64,000 nucleotides of DNA, taken from NCBI GenBank assembly GCA_964016885.1, contig OZ024740.1, forward strand, positions 302,436,001 to 302,500,000, read 5' to 3'. Numbering within the stretch: the stretch's first letter is position 1; every line of letters begins with the position of its first letter. Below are positions 12,552 to 24,477 of this stretch, in pieces. The notes under the pieces were generated by a model. It worked only from the letters and a program-made list of their open reading frames with translations. It searched no databases and was not told the origin of the DNA. The position numbers were made by a program, and so were the translations under genes. The DNA is from Eledone cirrhosa (Eukaryota).

Positions 12552-13375
12552 GGAAAGTTATATTTAAATTGTTGGGTTAACAACGAGTAAATATTTATAA
12601 CTGATATAAAAGCACTCAACAAGTATTTGGAGTATATTTATGATATTAAATAAATGGAAACTATATTTATAAAACCATATTTATTTCATTATATATATTT
12701 CAGGGATATCATATTAACAATATGTTATGCCTTCTTCAGACAGAATACAATATAAACAGTCTTATAAATAAATAGATACGACATACCTTTCAATCGACTT
12801 GCATTTGTGAAGTTGATTTTATATATAAAATAAGGAGTTGACGGACCCACCATATTTATCAATGCCAGGACCGGTTTTATCTCAGGGTACTCAATAGGTA
12901 ATGTAGGATACATTCCCAGAGTATACACATAGTTATTAGCTTCAATATATAAATATACATATACAAACAGTGGTGGACTGGCCAAGTTGCTAGTTTGCAC
13001 AATTGAATGTGGTCCCCAGTGGTCAACAGTAGCATTGCAGGGATCAGCAGTAACATTGCCGGGCCCATTGTATTATTTTACGGGGCAATACTTAGATTTC
13101 AAAAAATATCTGAAGTCTAAGAGAAAGAATAAACCTTTTTCGAAAATAAATAAAACAAATAAGCAAAGCATTTGGGCAACCAATTCCCCATATATATAAA
13201 TATTGTTGTTTCATGATAGTTTGTGACCGAGAAATACAAACTCCGTAACGTGAGCAATTTGCTCCCAACACATACACACGAACTACTAACCAAATTATGT
13301 TTGGTAGCAATGTGTTAAAGACATCTGTCAAATCAATTAGTGGTGAAGATGATGTATATATATATATATATATAT

Positions 13376-15215
13376 TTGTTTAGCAAGATTCTTTATCTGA
13401 AAACGTGTGTTGAAACCGATATTGTTATACTTTGGGAGGGTCATGTTGTCCATACGGACACCCGAAAACCACAATGAACTAAAGAAAATCATTGCACATG
13501 CGGTGGGGGCCAGCATAAAATTAACCCTTAAGGAACATATGTTCAAATTTAATGGAAAAACATATGCTCAAGAAGAAGCAGCAGCCATTGGTGTTAGCAT
13601 TGCAGGCGACATAGCTAACCTATTCATGGTATGGTGGGACAGTAGACTTAAACTTAAACTTAAAGAGCAATTAGAAGACCCCTTAACCCTGATAATGTAC
13701 TCCAGCTACGTTGATGATATAAACATCGTAGTTAAAACACCCCCACTAGAGAACAGTCAGGAATTAGAGAAAAACACAATGGAAAGCAACCAGCAAATAG
13801 CAAACTCCATCCACCAGCGTATTAGAGTTACTATAGACTACCCAAGTAAACACCCCAACCATCGATTACCTGTACTAGACACAGAGCTCTGGTTAGATAC
13901 CATTAATAACAAAAAACAAATCCTCCATTCCCATTATGCCAAATCCATGACTTCCAAATATTTGATCCACCGAAACTCACCTGTTTCGGACCATACCAAA
14001 ATCAACATACTGATTGCGGATTTGGTACGGGTGATGAGAAACGTGTCCCGCATGTGCAACCCCGAAGAACTAGAAATACACTTACAACACTTCATCCACC
14101 GTATGCAGTTCTCTGGTTACAATCAGAGAGATAAAATCAGAGTGTATAGAGGAGCCAGAACCAAATGGGAAAAAATGGTAAATAATGACACAAATGGGAC
14201 CTGCCCCTTGTATAGGAGCAAATTTTCGAATAGAATAGAAAGAACTAGGAATAAGGCTAATAGAATAAATTCATGGTATGATAGCAATAAATACCAGAGT
14301 GTAATGTTCATCGATACAACCCCTAGAGGTGAATTAGCTTACAAATTTAGAAGGGCCCTAGATAAACATAAACTCAATATTAAGATAGTAGAAAGACCAG
14401 GTACCTCCGTAAAAACACTTATTAGCAAGACATACCCTTTTCAAAGACCCCTCTATAGATAAGAAATGTATAACCTGTAAATTAAGCCCCCATATTAACT
14501 GTAAAACTAGAAATGTAGTATATAGCATAAGATGTACTGAAGGACAATGTAGAGACAAAAATATAGTGTACATAGGTGAGACAGCTCGTAGTGTCGGGGA
14601 ATGGATAAATGAACACTGGCGAGACCTTCAAGATAGTAAAGAATCATCTGTACTCTACCAACATGCTAAAATAGAACATAAGGGTAAATTAGAGAACATA
14701 GAAATAAAAATAGAATCTACACACAGAAAAGACGCAATGTTTAGACAAATCACAGAGGCAATAAACATAAAAGAATTACAACCAAAATTAAATAGAAAAC
14801 ATGAGTGGAACAGCAACATCACAACTTACAATTAAGGACAAAATGAAAACACACACGCACATAGAACAAACAACCAACCTGTAACATGTAAATAAACAAA
14901 TAAATAAACGAATATAAACACACACAGACACCCGGATGTGGCGCATGCGCAGACTGAGCACACGATACACACACAGAAACAAGATGGCGTAGGACAGAAC
15001 AAAGGAGAGGCACAAAAACAAAGAAAAGAATCCCCGGTCACTGAAGATGTCACAGAATGTGTCACGAAAGAACTTTGACAATATATAAAGTTGTGGAACC
15101 AACCAACCAACCGGAAATTTATAAATTCCTAAATTTATAAATTTATTATAATAAATTGAAGTGAAAGCAACTGGTGCGTTTGTTTCTTATTGGCAACATG
15201 ACCCTCCCAAAGTAT

Positions 15216-15220
<5 letters not shown>
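13376..15220 (+). mobile_element. Penelope-like element family 1 (Naiad-like), 5'-truncated, with inverted tail piece at 13376-13450
   Basis: RT plus GIY-YIG coding region, pLTR with HHR (15037-15079), (TA)n on both sides. 13376-13450 is the reverse complement of the tail seen at 19382-19458. Confidence 0.92.
13451..14835 (+). pseudogene. PLE reverse transcriptase / GIY-YIG endonuclease (truncated, one frameshift near 14450)
   Basis: FKFNGKTYAQ, AIGVSIAGDIANLFM, YVDD, LPVLD, HFIHRMQFSGY; then C-x2-C...NVVYSIRC...C...YIGETARS...EH...LNRKHEW. Confidence 0.92.
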
Positions 15221-15298
<78 letters not shown>

Positions 15299-15306
<8 letters not shown>

Positions 15307-15865
15307 GAGAAGAAAGAATACTGTGTGGTTGCACATGGGTTACATATTTTAAAAATAGTCCTTCGTCAGTGATTTTCCAACCTTCATTGGTATTTCATCG
15401 CTTTAAAAATCATATACCTCCGGTTGGTGTGAGCAATAGCTACATAAAGCTATTGGGACAAGTAAATCGCGTAAAGCGAGGGAGACAAGTAAACAAACAT
15501 AGAAGGATGATAGCAACGCAAAGATAGGAAAAAACAAGCAACATGAGAATCCGGTCAGCTTAATCTGGGTAGATTTCATGAGCGAGCGTAATACAGACCA
15601 TCCGACGGGAATGAGATGTGAGCAAGAAGAGAACACACTACACGCCAAACGAGAGGAAGAGAGAAGGGGAGAAACAGAGAATGAGTGAGTGGAACTGCGA
15701 GGAAGAGGCCAGTCGAGAGAAAGTGTAACTGACTGAGGGGGCGAAAGAAGGTGAGAGAAACAGAGAGAGCGGGGAAGCAGTAAGAGAGAAACAGACACAC
15801 GCAGCCGAGTAAAATATATATAAAAAACATGAGAAGAAAGAATACTGCGTGGTTGCACATGGGTT

Positions 15866-15870
<5 letters not shown>
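15299..15870 (-). mobile_element. Non-coding retrozyme-like element (subfamily B), 524-bp period, ~45-bp terminal direct repeat
   Basis: AAACATGAGAAGAAAGAATACTG.GTGGTTGCACATGGGTTACA at 15301 and 15825; flanked by (TA)n; homologous to subfamily A around the ribozyme and TGCA.ATGGGTTAC. Confidence 0.72.
15358..15427 (-). ncRNA. Rearranged hammerhead ribozyme, copy B
   Basis: CCAACC GGA GGUAU A^UGAUUUU UAAAGCGA U GAA AUACC AAU GA A GGUUGG AAAAUCA CUGACGA A. Confidence 0.7.
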
Positions 15871-15902
<32 letters not shown>

Positions 15903-15904
<2 letters not shown>

Positions 15905-17412
15905 CGGCGATGAATTACTTTTGCGAGGTTTTTGATATGAAATCGTGTGTCGAAACAAACATTGTTATACTTGGGGAGGGTCATATTTGTGTAATATTGC
16001 CAGAATTAATAACAGAACACACTCACTGTTTGGTTGGTTTTCGCTTTTCGCTTCTGTGTCTTTCATATCGGTAATCTAATTTATTCGGTCCTCAATGTTG
16101 CCATTGACTGACCAAAGGTCAAAAATAATACAGATACAATATAGACACAAACACATATATATAGTTTATCAAAGTTCTTTCGTTGCACATCTGCAACAGA
16201 CGTCAGTGGTGCTATTGTTTCCTCCCGTTACATTGTATTTTCTACGCCATCTTTATTTAGTCTGTTTATATATTTATTTATTTGTTTATTTTATTTTGTC
16301 TTCTTTGCGCATGCGTTTGCGTGTGTGGATAGTGTTTTGTTTGATGTGTGTTCGTGATTGGGTGACTGTGTATTGGTTAATGTATTCTATCTTTACTAGT
16401 GTGTGTTTATATGTGTTTGTTGTTATTGTGCTTGTGTATGTATTTATTTATTTATTTATCTATTTATTTATTTATTTATTTATACTTCTCTTAGGTCAGT
16501 GTTGTTTGTTTGGGTGTTGTTGTTATTCCATTCATTCTTTCTGTTTAGCCTTGGCCTTCTAAGTTCTATTTCTCTGGCCTCTCTGATTTGCCTATCTGCT
16601 GGGTCATTTCTATGTTTAGATATTATTCTAATTTCTATGTTGTCTATGTTACCATCGTGTTGTTGTCTGGCATGTTCGTATAGTACTGACCCGTTTATTC
16701 GTCCTTTTAGTTCCCCCCATTGTTGGTCTATCCTTTCACCTATGCTACGAGCTGTCTCGCCTATGTATGTTGTTGTCATGTTTCTGCAAGTACCCTCTGT
16801 TCATCTTATGCTATAGACTACGTTTCTAGTTTTACAGTTTATCCGGGGGTTTACCTTACATATGATACATTTCCTATTAGTACAGTGGGTTTTCTTAAAA
16901 GGGTAGGTTTTGCTGATCAGGGATTTTATGGTGGTTCCTGGCTTTTCTACCACTTTAATCTTTAAGTGGGTCTTTCTCAGGGCCTTTCTACACTGGTTAG
17001 CTAGTTTCCCTCCAGGGGTAGCGTCCACAAACATGACACTCTGGTATCTCTGGTTGTCGTACCATGAGGTGGCTTTCCCTATCTTATGTCTAGCCCTATC
17101 TAAGCTATTCCATGAATTGCTCCTGTATATGGGAAAATTCCTTTCATGTCCAGTTCTATGAGGGTCTTATACTTCTCCATGGCTCCTTCGTATACTCTGA
17201 CTCTGTCTCTTTGGTTGTAGCCAGAGAACTGCATGCGGTTGATAAAGTGTTGGATGTGTCTTTCCAGTTCTATGAAGGTCTTATACTTCTCCGTATAAAT
17301 TAGATTACCGATATAAAAGACACAGAAGCGAAAAGCGAAAACCAACCAAACAGTGAGTGTATTCTGTTATTAATTCTGGCAATATTACATAAATATGACT
17401 ATTCCCAAGTAT

Positions 17413-17418
<6 letters not shown>
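15903..17418 (-). mobile_element. Penelope-like element family 2, 5'-truncated, with inverted pLTR piece at 17296-17418
   Basis: Minus-strand peptides match 44378-45457 (HFINRMQFSGY, YIGETARS, LNRKNEW) with frameshifts; degenerate HHR at ~16166-16210; (TA)n flanks. Confidence 0.9.
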
Positions 17419-17483
<65 letters not shown>

Positions 17484-17581
17484 CATTTGTATGCTTAATT
17501 AAAAGCATTCTGAAGACCATACGCTATTGTTTTAAAATAGTGACAATGTCACTTATTTAAATTTTCACCAAACAGGGGAGA

Positions 17582-17630
17582 TAAACTGACAGAGCTCTGT
17601 TTCGTACTTTTTGGTATTTATCAAAGCTCA
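17582..17630 (-). ncRNA. Type I HHR, U3-A8 core variant (second copy), in pLTR-like repeat ~17488-17690
   Basis: Minus strand: TGAGCT TTGATAA ATAC CAAAAA GTAC GAAA CAGAGCTCTG TC AGTTTA; homologous to 26268-26455. Confidence 0.6.
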
Positions 17631-17691
17631 CTATTTAATTAAGCATACAGTGTATTGAAAAATACACTATATATACATTCATATATATATG

Positions 17692-17872
17692 GCCAAATTT
17701 GAAATTCCAGCAGTCTCAGAATGAGGAATTTCACAGCGTCACGAAGCGGAAAAGGGAGGCAATCGCGAAACACAAGAAAGTAAAATAATATACACGTGGG
17801 TGAATTTAAATTTTTTCAACAATTTTAACCCTGCGTGTTAAGAACTCAATTACATTTTTAAAAAAATGAATG
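17692..17872. repeat. Unclassified dispersed repeat (second copy ~43432-43622)
   Basis: Shared GCCAAATTTGAAATTCCAGCAGT...AATAATATACACG...AAGAA.TCAAT. Confidence 0.65.
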
Positions 17873-17874
17873 TA

Positions 17875-17946
<72 letters not shown>

Positions 17947-18087
17947 CACACACATATATATAAATATATATTTTTATAGTTGAGACAGGAAACAAAAATC
18001 AAAAAACAACGTGGAAGTGAAGAGGGCAGTACAAATGTTAATATTAGTTTCACGCTTGAGAGTGGGGGGTATATATATATATATATA

Positions 18088-18590
18088 AGTATATCCCGGG
18101 TCAATCGGGGCTGACCACAGTAATTAAGGTACTCATAGCAGAGTATAAATATTTAATATAGAAATGGCTTCTACAGGACTAGAACTAGACAAGCACACAC
18201 ACGCACGCACACATACACACACACATACACACACACACATATATATATACATATATATATTCACTATAGGGGGTTTAACCGTCAATAGGCTGTCTTAATA
18301 TCATTGATATTTGCTGAAATTGTGTGACTAGGCATCACTTCTTGTCATTTACCTATGGTTTAAATTTCATAGAAATCGATGGGAAAATAGTTTCAGCGGG
18401 TTTTTTTCCCCGGGACCCCCCCCCCCTCCCTCCCGGAAACCCTTTGATTAAGATGAAATATACTTATCCAAGTACCCTGGTCAATGTAGTTTCAGATTAT
18501 ATATGGTCATGTGGGTCTATCTCCCAAACTATACAAGGAGTTCGTGAAAAACAATCAAACAGACAGGGACTAAAACTTTATATATATATA
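18088..18590 (+). mobile_element. Possible Helitron/Helentron-type non-autonomous repeat
   Basis: GC-rich 5' hairpin-like segment, internal microsatellite, and end ...CAAACAGACAGGGACTAAAACTTTATATAT reminiscent of DINE-1/HINE-like ends. Resemblance only. Confidence 0.3.
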
Positions 18591-18596
18591 AATATA

Positions 18597-18715
18597 TATT
18601 TATTGCTCTGGTCTTTTTTTAGCCCATGGAGCGCTTGCCAGCAATACTCGGAATTCGCGTTATGTTTCGCTTTTTCTACCCGCCGAAATGCGATTCTCGC
18701 TGAATTTATATTTGT
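18597..18715. repeat. ~120-bp direct repeat (second copy 19597-19715)
   Basis: TATTTATTGCTCTGGTC...GCCCATGGAGCGCTTGCCAGC...CGCCGAAATGCGATTCTCGCTGAATTTATATTTGTAT occurs twice. Confidence 0.85.
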
Positions 18716-19090
18716 ATTAATCTCCCGAGTCTTACAATTAACCTGTTAATAATTCTATTGACAGATTTATTGCATAAGTTTATTTTAAAAACTACCCGTC
18801 GAGAGCTTAATTGATTTGTGATATTTATGCAATTTTTTGTATGGATTTACACATACTGAATTAATTTGCCAAAATCTGGGGTTTTTCGCCTGTGAGTTAC
18901 GCATGTGCTTTTACAAAACACTGTTTCATCCACAACACTGGCGCAGAACAAAGTACCTGTTGATAACGTGATATTCCTCGTTCGATCATTATACCAAAAG
19001 CTTATTGTTTTAAGCAGACAGTGTTATTGATTTAGGTGTCACAGAAACCCTGTACTGGATTTTACCATCAATTCCAAGAGTCCAGGTTTG

Positions 19091-19148
<58 letters not shown>

Positions 19149-19149
19149 A

Positions 19150-19470
19150 CAAACAGAAACAAAATGGCGTATGACAGAACAAAGGAGAGGCACAAAAACA
19201 AAGAAAAGAATCCCCAGTCACTGAAGAGGTCACAGAATGTGTGACGAAAGAACTTTGACAATATATAAACAACTACCTGGTTGTGGAACCAACCAACCAA
19301 CCAGAAATTTATAAATTCCTAAATTTATAAATTTATTATAATAAATTGAAGTGAAAGCAACTGGTGTGTGTGTTTCTTATAGGCAACATGACCCTCCCAA
19401 AGTATAACAATATCGGTTTCAACACACGATTTCAGATAAAGAATCTTGCTATACAAATTCAGAAACGAAA
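19150..19470 (+). mobile_element. PLE family 1 pLTR with extended tail
   Basis: Matches 14970-15220 and continues ~60 bp further (ATCGGTTTCAACACACGATTTCAG...). Confidence 0.85.
19217..19259 (+). ncRNA. Minimal type I hammerhead ribozyme of PLE family 1 (best copy)
   Basis: GTCA CTGAAGA G GTCACA GAATG TGTGAC GAAA GAAC TT TGAC: stem I GTCA/TGAC, 6-bp stem II, very short stem III. Confidence 0.75.
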
Positions 19471-19864
19471 TATATATATATATATATATGAATATGTCAT
19501 TTATTTTGTCTGACCTGTTTAGCTTGACTTCTTTTTTGGCTTAGGTGGTTAATGGCTTCTTGACCGCCTTCTCTGTTTGTATGGCCTTTATAACCTATAT
19601 TTATTGCTCTGGTCCTTTTTAGCCCATGGAGCGCTTGCCAGCATGACATGGAATTTGCGTTACGTTTCGCTTTTTCTACCCGCCGAAATGCGATTCTCGC
19701 TGAATTTATATTTGTATAAATATATATAGATATATAAACAAATAGTAAAAAGTAGTAGAAAATGCTAGAGGGATTTTCTCAGTATAATATCAAAACATTT
19801 ATTTATAAAGTGGGGATTTCCGCATTTAATCGTGATACACACGCACACACACGCACACACACAC

Positions 19865-19914
<50 letters not shown>

Positions 19915-19982
19915 CTATATATATATATATATATATTGAGTGAGTGAGTGTGAAAGACCAAAGGACATTATTGAAAGTCTCC

Positions 19983-20170
19983 AGGGCGGTGGATTGGCAG
20001 TATTGGGAGAGGGTCGGACGCCATGCTTTCCAGCATAGTTACATCCCTTTATGATCTGAGTTCAAATCCAGCCGAGGTTAACTTTGCCTTTCATCCTTAC
20101 AGGGTCGATAAGATAAAGTACCAGTAATGTACTGGATAATTGATGGCTTTGTGCCAAAAATAGAAACAAT
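19983..20170 (+). mobile_element. tRNA-derived SINE (same family as 8698)
   Basis: GGCGGTGGATTGGCAG...GAGTTCAAATCCAGCCGAGGTTAACTTTGCC...GGGTCGATAAGATAAAGTACCAGT. Confidence 0.8.
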
Positions 20171-20810
20171 TATTTATTGGAGAAGGTAAGTATATAATCG
20201 CGTAAAATTTTGATTGCACTGTTTTTTCTCAACTTATGTATTTTTTGAAAATATTATTTTTCCATTAGAAAAATTAAATGATAGCATTCTCAATGTGGGA
20301 CGGCCCCCTTCATCTCCTGGTAACCAGTATTTTTAGACCCAGTCCACCACTCTATGTATGTATGTATCTATATACGTATGTATGTATGCATGTATGTATG
20401 TATACATGCGTGTAATAGTATAATCGAGGGATAAAGAAATATGCAAGTATATGGGCTGTGTTTTCTGAGCTAACGTCGTCTATCCTACCTTCGGGTAGAA
20501 CAAATCTGGTAAATGCAACTGCGTAGACAACCTTTGAAAACCCATTGTAGTGAATGAGGCTGTAATTTATTAACTAAGTTTTGCACACACTCTTTCATGC
20601 CTATTCTATCTGAGTTCTACGTTGAAATATCACCTGTCAGTGGAACACACAGCTAGCGTTTGCGAAAGAAATTAAAAATTTGAGCATGCGTTCACCACGG
20701 GTATATCTGCGCATATGTACAGGCTTCTGCACAAACCACATTGTAATACGTGCACCTGGATGGATGTACCTAGCTATGTTTATATATATATATAACTCAG
20801 TTTTACATTT

Positions 20811-20968
<158 letters not shown>

Positions 20969-21101
20969 GAGAGAGATATCCACGGTAAGTTTTGGGGTCT
21001 TGTCTGCATGAAGAACTCAATGTAATCCATATGTTGAAAATGTTGTAGGTTAAAATAAATCCCGGAAAACAATTAAACATAAAAAGGAAAACAGAGTCAT
21101 G

Positions 21102-21213
21102 ATATAAGTTAAAACAATGAAATAAAAAATCAAGTCATTAGAAATATATTTTACTGCTTTACGAAAGTATATTTCTAATGACTTGATTTTTTATTTCATT
21201 GTTTTAACTTATA
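21102..21213. repeat. ~50-bp fold-back containing a 3' half-HHR
   Basis: ATATAAGTTAAAACAATGAAATAAAAAATCAAGTCATTAGAAATAT and its reverse complement; the right arm starts CGAAA GTATATT TC. Confidence 0.75.
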
Positions 21214-21281
21214 TATATATATATATATATATATATAACAAATGTAAATCTGTGTTTTTCGAAGAATATTTATTAATAATT

Positions 21282-21450
21282 TTTTCTACTTTTGGCACAA
21301 GGCCAGCAATCATCCATTGTATTACTGTTACTTGATTTTACCGACCCGGTAAGGATGAAAGGCAAAGTTAACTTCGGCGGCATTTGAACTCAGATTATAA
21401 AGGGCCATAACTCTAATGCTGCAAAGCATGGCGTACCGATACTACCAATC
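21282..21450 (-). mobile_element. tRNA-derived SINE (same family as 8698)
   Basis: TTTCTACTTTTGGCACAAGGCCAGCAAT...GGCAAAGTTAACTTCGGCGGCATTTGAACTCAG. Confidence 0.8.
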
Positions 21451-21544
21451 CTGATGCTCTTTGATTCGTTTGAAATTAATCAGACAGCCTCTTTAAGCCA
21501 TGTGAGTAGAATGACCCCAAATTCTTGCTCTTGTGTTGCTTATA

Positions 21545-22000
21545 TACAGAAAGGCAGACACTAATGTTTCTGGGTGATTGCCCTTCATCAGTACCGTATA
21601 CTGTTTACCTGCCAATTATCAAAGCTAGGGAAAATACATAATATTGTCTGGAATATACAGTGGCTGCTCGACCTGATTTGCATATTAGGAGACTGCTTGA
21701 TCAGTCAGATCTGCATATTAGCAGACATGCCAGTCAGTTTCATGTATACGAGTGATTAATAGCCGGCTTTGCCATAGTCAAATTAACAAACATTTTGTCG
21801 TTCTCCATGGCTGCATAAAAGAATGTAAATCTGAGTTTTTCGAATATTAATAAAAAAAATATTCGATTCATTTCCAATAATGCAAACAGCGTCTAGAAAA
21901 TATCATATATTTTCACTAGCTCTGACAGTTGGCAGGTAAGAAGTATACTCTACTGATGAAGGGTATCACCCGGAAAAATGTGGGTCTGCCAGTCTGTTTA
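21545..22000. repeat. Diverged inverted repeat with outward-facing HHRs (21553-21595 minus; 21949-21990 plus)
   Basis: Minus: GGTA CTGATGA AGGGCAATCACCCA GAAA CATTAGTG TC TGCC. Plus: TA CTGATGA AGGGTATCACCCG GAAA AATGTGGG TC TGCC. Confidence 0.65.
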
Positions 22001-22116
22001 TATGCCAACACAAGAATACGAATGACGAGGTCATTCTTCTCGCATGGCTTAGAGAGGCTGTTTGCATTATTATAAACGAATCGAATAGTATTATCAATAT
22101 TCTACCATATAGGTAG

Positions 22117-22172
<56 letters not shown>

Positions 22173-22178
<6 letters not shown>

Positions 22179-22340
22179 ATAATAATAAATTTGAAGACTA
22201 AAATCCAAAGAGGGCTCGATAAGCAGAAATATATATCGAATATATAAGAACCCTAGAGCAAATAACAGATTATAGTTTAAGCAAAGAAACGCTGCTTTCA
22301 CTCTTAACGATTTTTGCTTAAACTTTAATCTGTTATTTTA

Positions 22341-22345
<5 letters not shown>
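22173..22345 (-). repeat. Truncated copy of the 40.8/41.7-kb pLTR-like family with short inverted piece
   Basis: TAGTAATAATAATAAATTTGAAGACTAAAATCCAAAGAGGGCTCGATAAG... matches 40839-40985. Confidence 0.8.
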
Positions 22346-22377
<32 letters not shown>

Positions 22378-22419
22378 GAGAGAGAGAGGGGGTAAGGCTG
22401 AGAGAGTGAGAGAGAGAGA

Positions 22420-22494
<75 letters not shown>

Positions 22495-22848
22495 GTAGTT
22501 AATACAATGCATTAAGAGAATAGTAAAAGGCTGAAAACAATATAGGCAATTTAAAGAATTAAAGACGCCATTTCCATCAGCCAAATAAAACCACGGAGAA
22601 ATAATAGGTCAGAAATTCACGAGGCTGAATTGTTGATATAGCAATCCCGTGCATGCGTTTTATAGACACATAGACCAGTGAGGGAAGAACAGTTCGATCA
22701 TTCATTTTGTTTTATTTAACCATCGTATTTTCTCCCATATTCATACCGGCTTTTGAAAATTATCGGTCTTTATTTATAGATATATAGAGAGAGAAAGAGA
22801 GAGAGATGAAGTTGTGATTTAATATTCATTTTATTTAAGATTAAATGT

Positions 22849-22894
22849 TCTTGTCTGATGACCCAGTGTTAGGCGAAATACTAGAGTAACAAGA
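22849..22894 (+). ncRNA. Degenerate type I HHR
   Basis: TCTTGT CTGATGA CCCAGTGTTAGGC GAAA TACTAGAG TA ACAAGA: perfect 6-bp stem I, imperfect stems II and III. Confidence 0.6.
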
Positions 22895-22917
22895 CGCACC
22901 ATCAAGCCTCAATAAAA

Positions 22918-22964
<47 letters not shown>

Positions 22965-22968
<4 letters not shown>

Positions 22969-24268
22969 TATACCATCTTTTGGAAGAAGATTTCTTCTGC
23001 ATCCTCATACTTGAACAGCTCTCTATCTAAAATCTGTAATCTCTGCCTAAATGAAAAATTTACCATTATCTCTAACCTAGATTCTATAATAAATAGACGC
23101 TCAGATTTGTTTTCTATCTGCCTGCATAAATTCCATAGAACTTTTCACAAAGTATACAGTTAATATTCAATTCTTTATCAATTTAGAATCTTTTCTCAAA
23201 GGCACATATACATACATACACCTCTTTAAAATATACCCATCTACCTTACTTTAAAGGGCATTATACACTCTATAATACTCGTTTACTCATTACCCTCATT
23301 CTATCTTCTCGTAAAATAATAACATTTGTTTTTGACATTTTGAATATTCATCCGCAATCATTATTATTTTTTTTTTCTCTCTATCATAAATCTTTTTAAT
23401 CTCAATTTCATCCTTAATTTATTATTATTTTTTTCTCCCCATCAACGAACTCATTATTAATACATATTAACTCATTATTCGCACATATTATCAATTCAAT
23501 ATACAAACTTTAACTTCACATTATTTTTCTCAAATCCTTCTACACACAAACCTTAACAATTTTTCTCTTCGCTAATTTTGAAATTGCCACAATACATACA
23601 TTTCTTCTTTTGACGTTAGAATATTCACCCACAATTATTATTTTTTTCTCTCTATCTTCATACATAATTTCCCTTCGTTAATTTTCAAATTCCTTTAATT
23701 TATGCATTATCCTCCAACGGTTCCCAACCTCTCTATATTAAAACAATATATCTTTTTCTCAGTTATAAAAACTATCTCTTTCTCTCTATCACCCATCTCT
23801 CCCTCTCCACCTTCACTCTCATCTCCTCCCCCTTTTTTCATCCTCCCCCCCCCCTCCCTAAATAAAATATTTTTTCCTCGCACATATCCTCCCTTCGTTA
23901 ATTTTCAAAATTTTTAATTTATACAGTATCTTCCAACGGTTTTCAACCCCTCTATGTAAAAAATATATCTCCTCTCAGTTATAAAAACTATCTCTTTCTC
24001 TCTATCACCCATCTCTCCCTCTCATCTCCTTCCCTTTTCATCCTCCCCCCCCTCTCTAAATAAAATATTTTTCCCAATATCACACATCAATCTAAAACCA
24101 CTTTTCATATGTTGATTTAAAACTGCACTATCCACAAGTGTTTTTTAGCCTTCATATCATGTTCTCCTGTTTTATCTGATGAAAACACAAATATTATTGC
24201 TTGATGATGTTTGTTTTTGAAATGCGCATAATAAAATATATGGAACTCCTTTAACCATCTTTTGATCT

Positions 24269-24275
<7 letters not shown>
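22965..24275 (+). mobile_element. PLE family 4: endonuclease C-terminus + ~1-kb 3' region + HHR, between (TA)n tracts
   Basis: 22975-23163 translates IFWKKISSASSYLNSSLSKICNLCLNEKFTIISNLDSIINRRSDLFSICLHKF...stop, the CxLCLxEK...NxRxxL...CxH signature of a PLE GIY-YIG C-terminus. It has no start codon, so it is absent from the ORF track. Confidence 0.8.
24170..24236 (+). ncRNA. Type I HHR with long stem II
   Basis: TTTTAT CTGATGA AAACACAAATATTATT GCTT GATGATGTTTGTTTTT GAAA TGCGCA TA ATAAAA. Confidence 0.75.
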
Positions 24276-24301
<26 letters not shown>

Positions 24302-24304
<3 letters not shown>

Positions 24305-24477
24305 GAGGGTCATGCTGCAATAAAAACACACGCACCTGTTGGTTTTCACTTCAATTTATTATAAATTTCCGCTTGATTGTTTCAACATTGTCACATATTT
24401 TATAACCTCCTCAGTGATTGATTTCTTATTTTGTGCCCCTCCTTTTTTCTGTCCTTTACCATCTTGTTTTGGTGTGT

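Noticed and set aside
13407-13450. Apparent N-terminus [14 protein letters not shown] of the 351-aa ORF
   Set aside because: It is the antisense reading of the inverted PLE tail fused to a truncated RT, not a real start.
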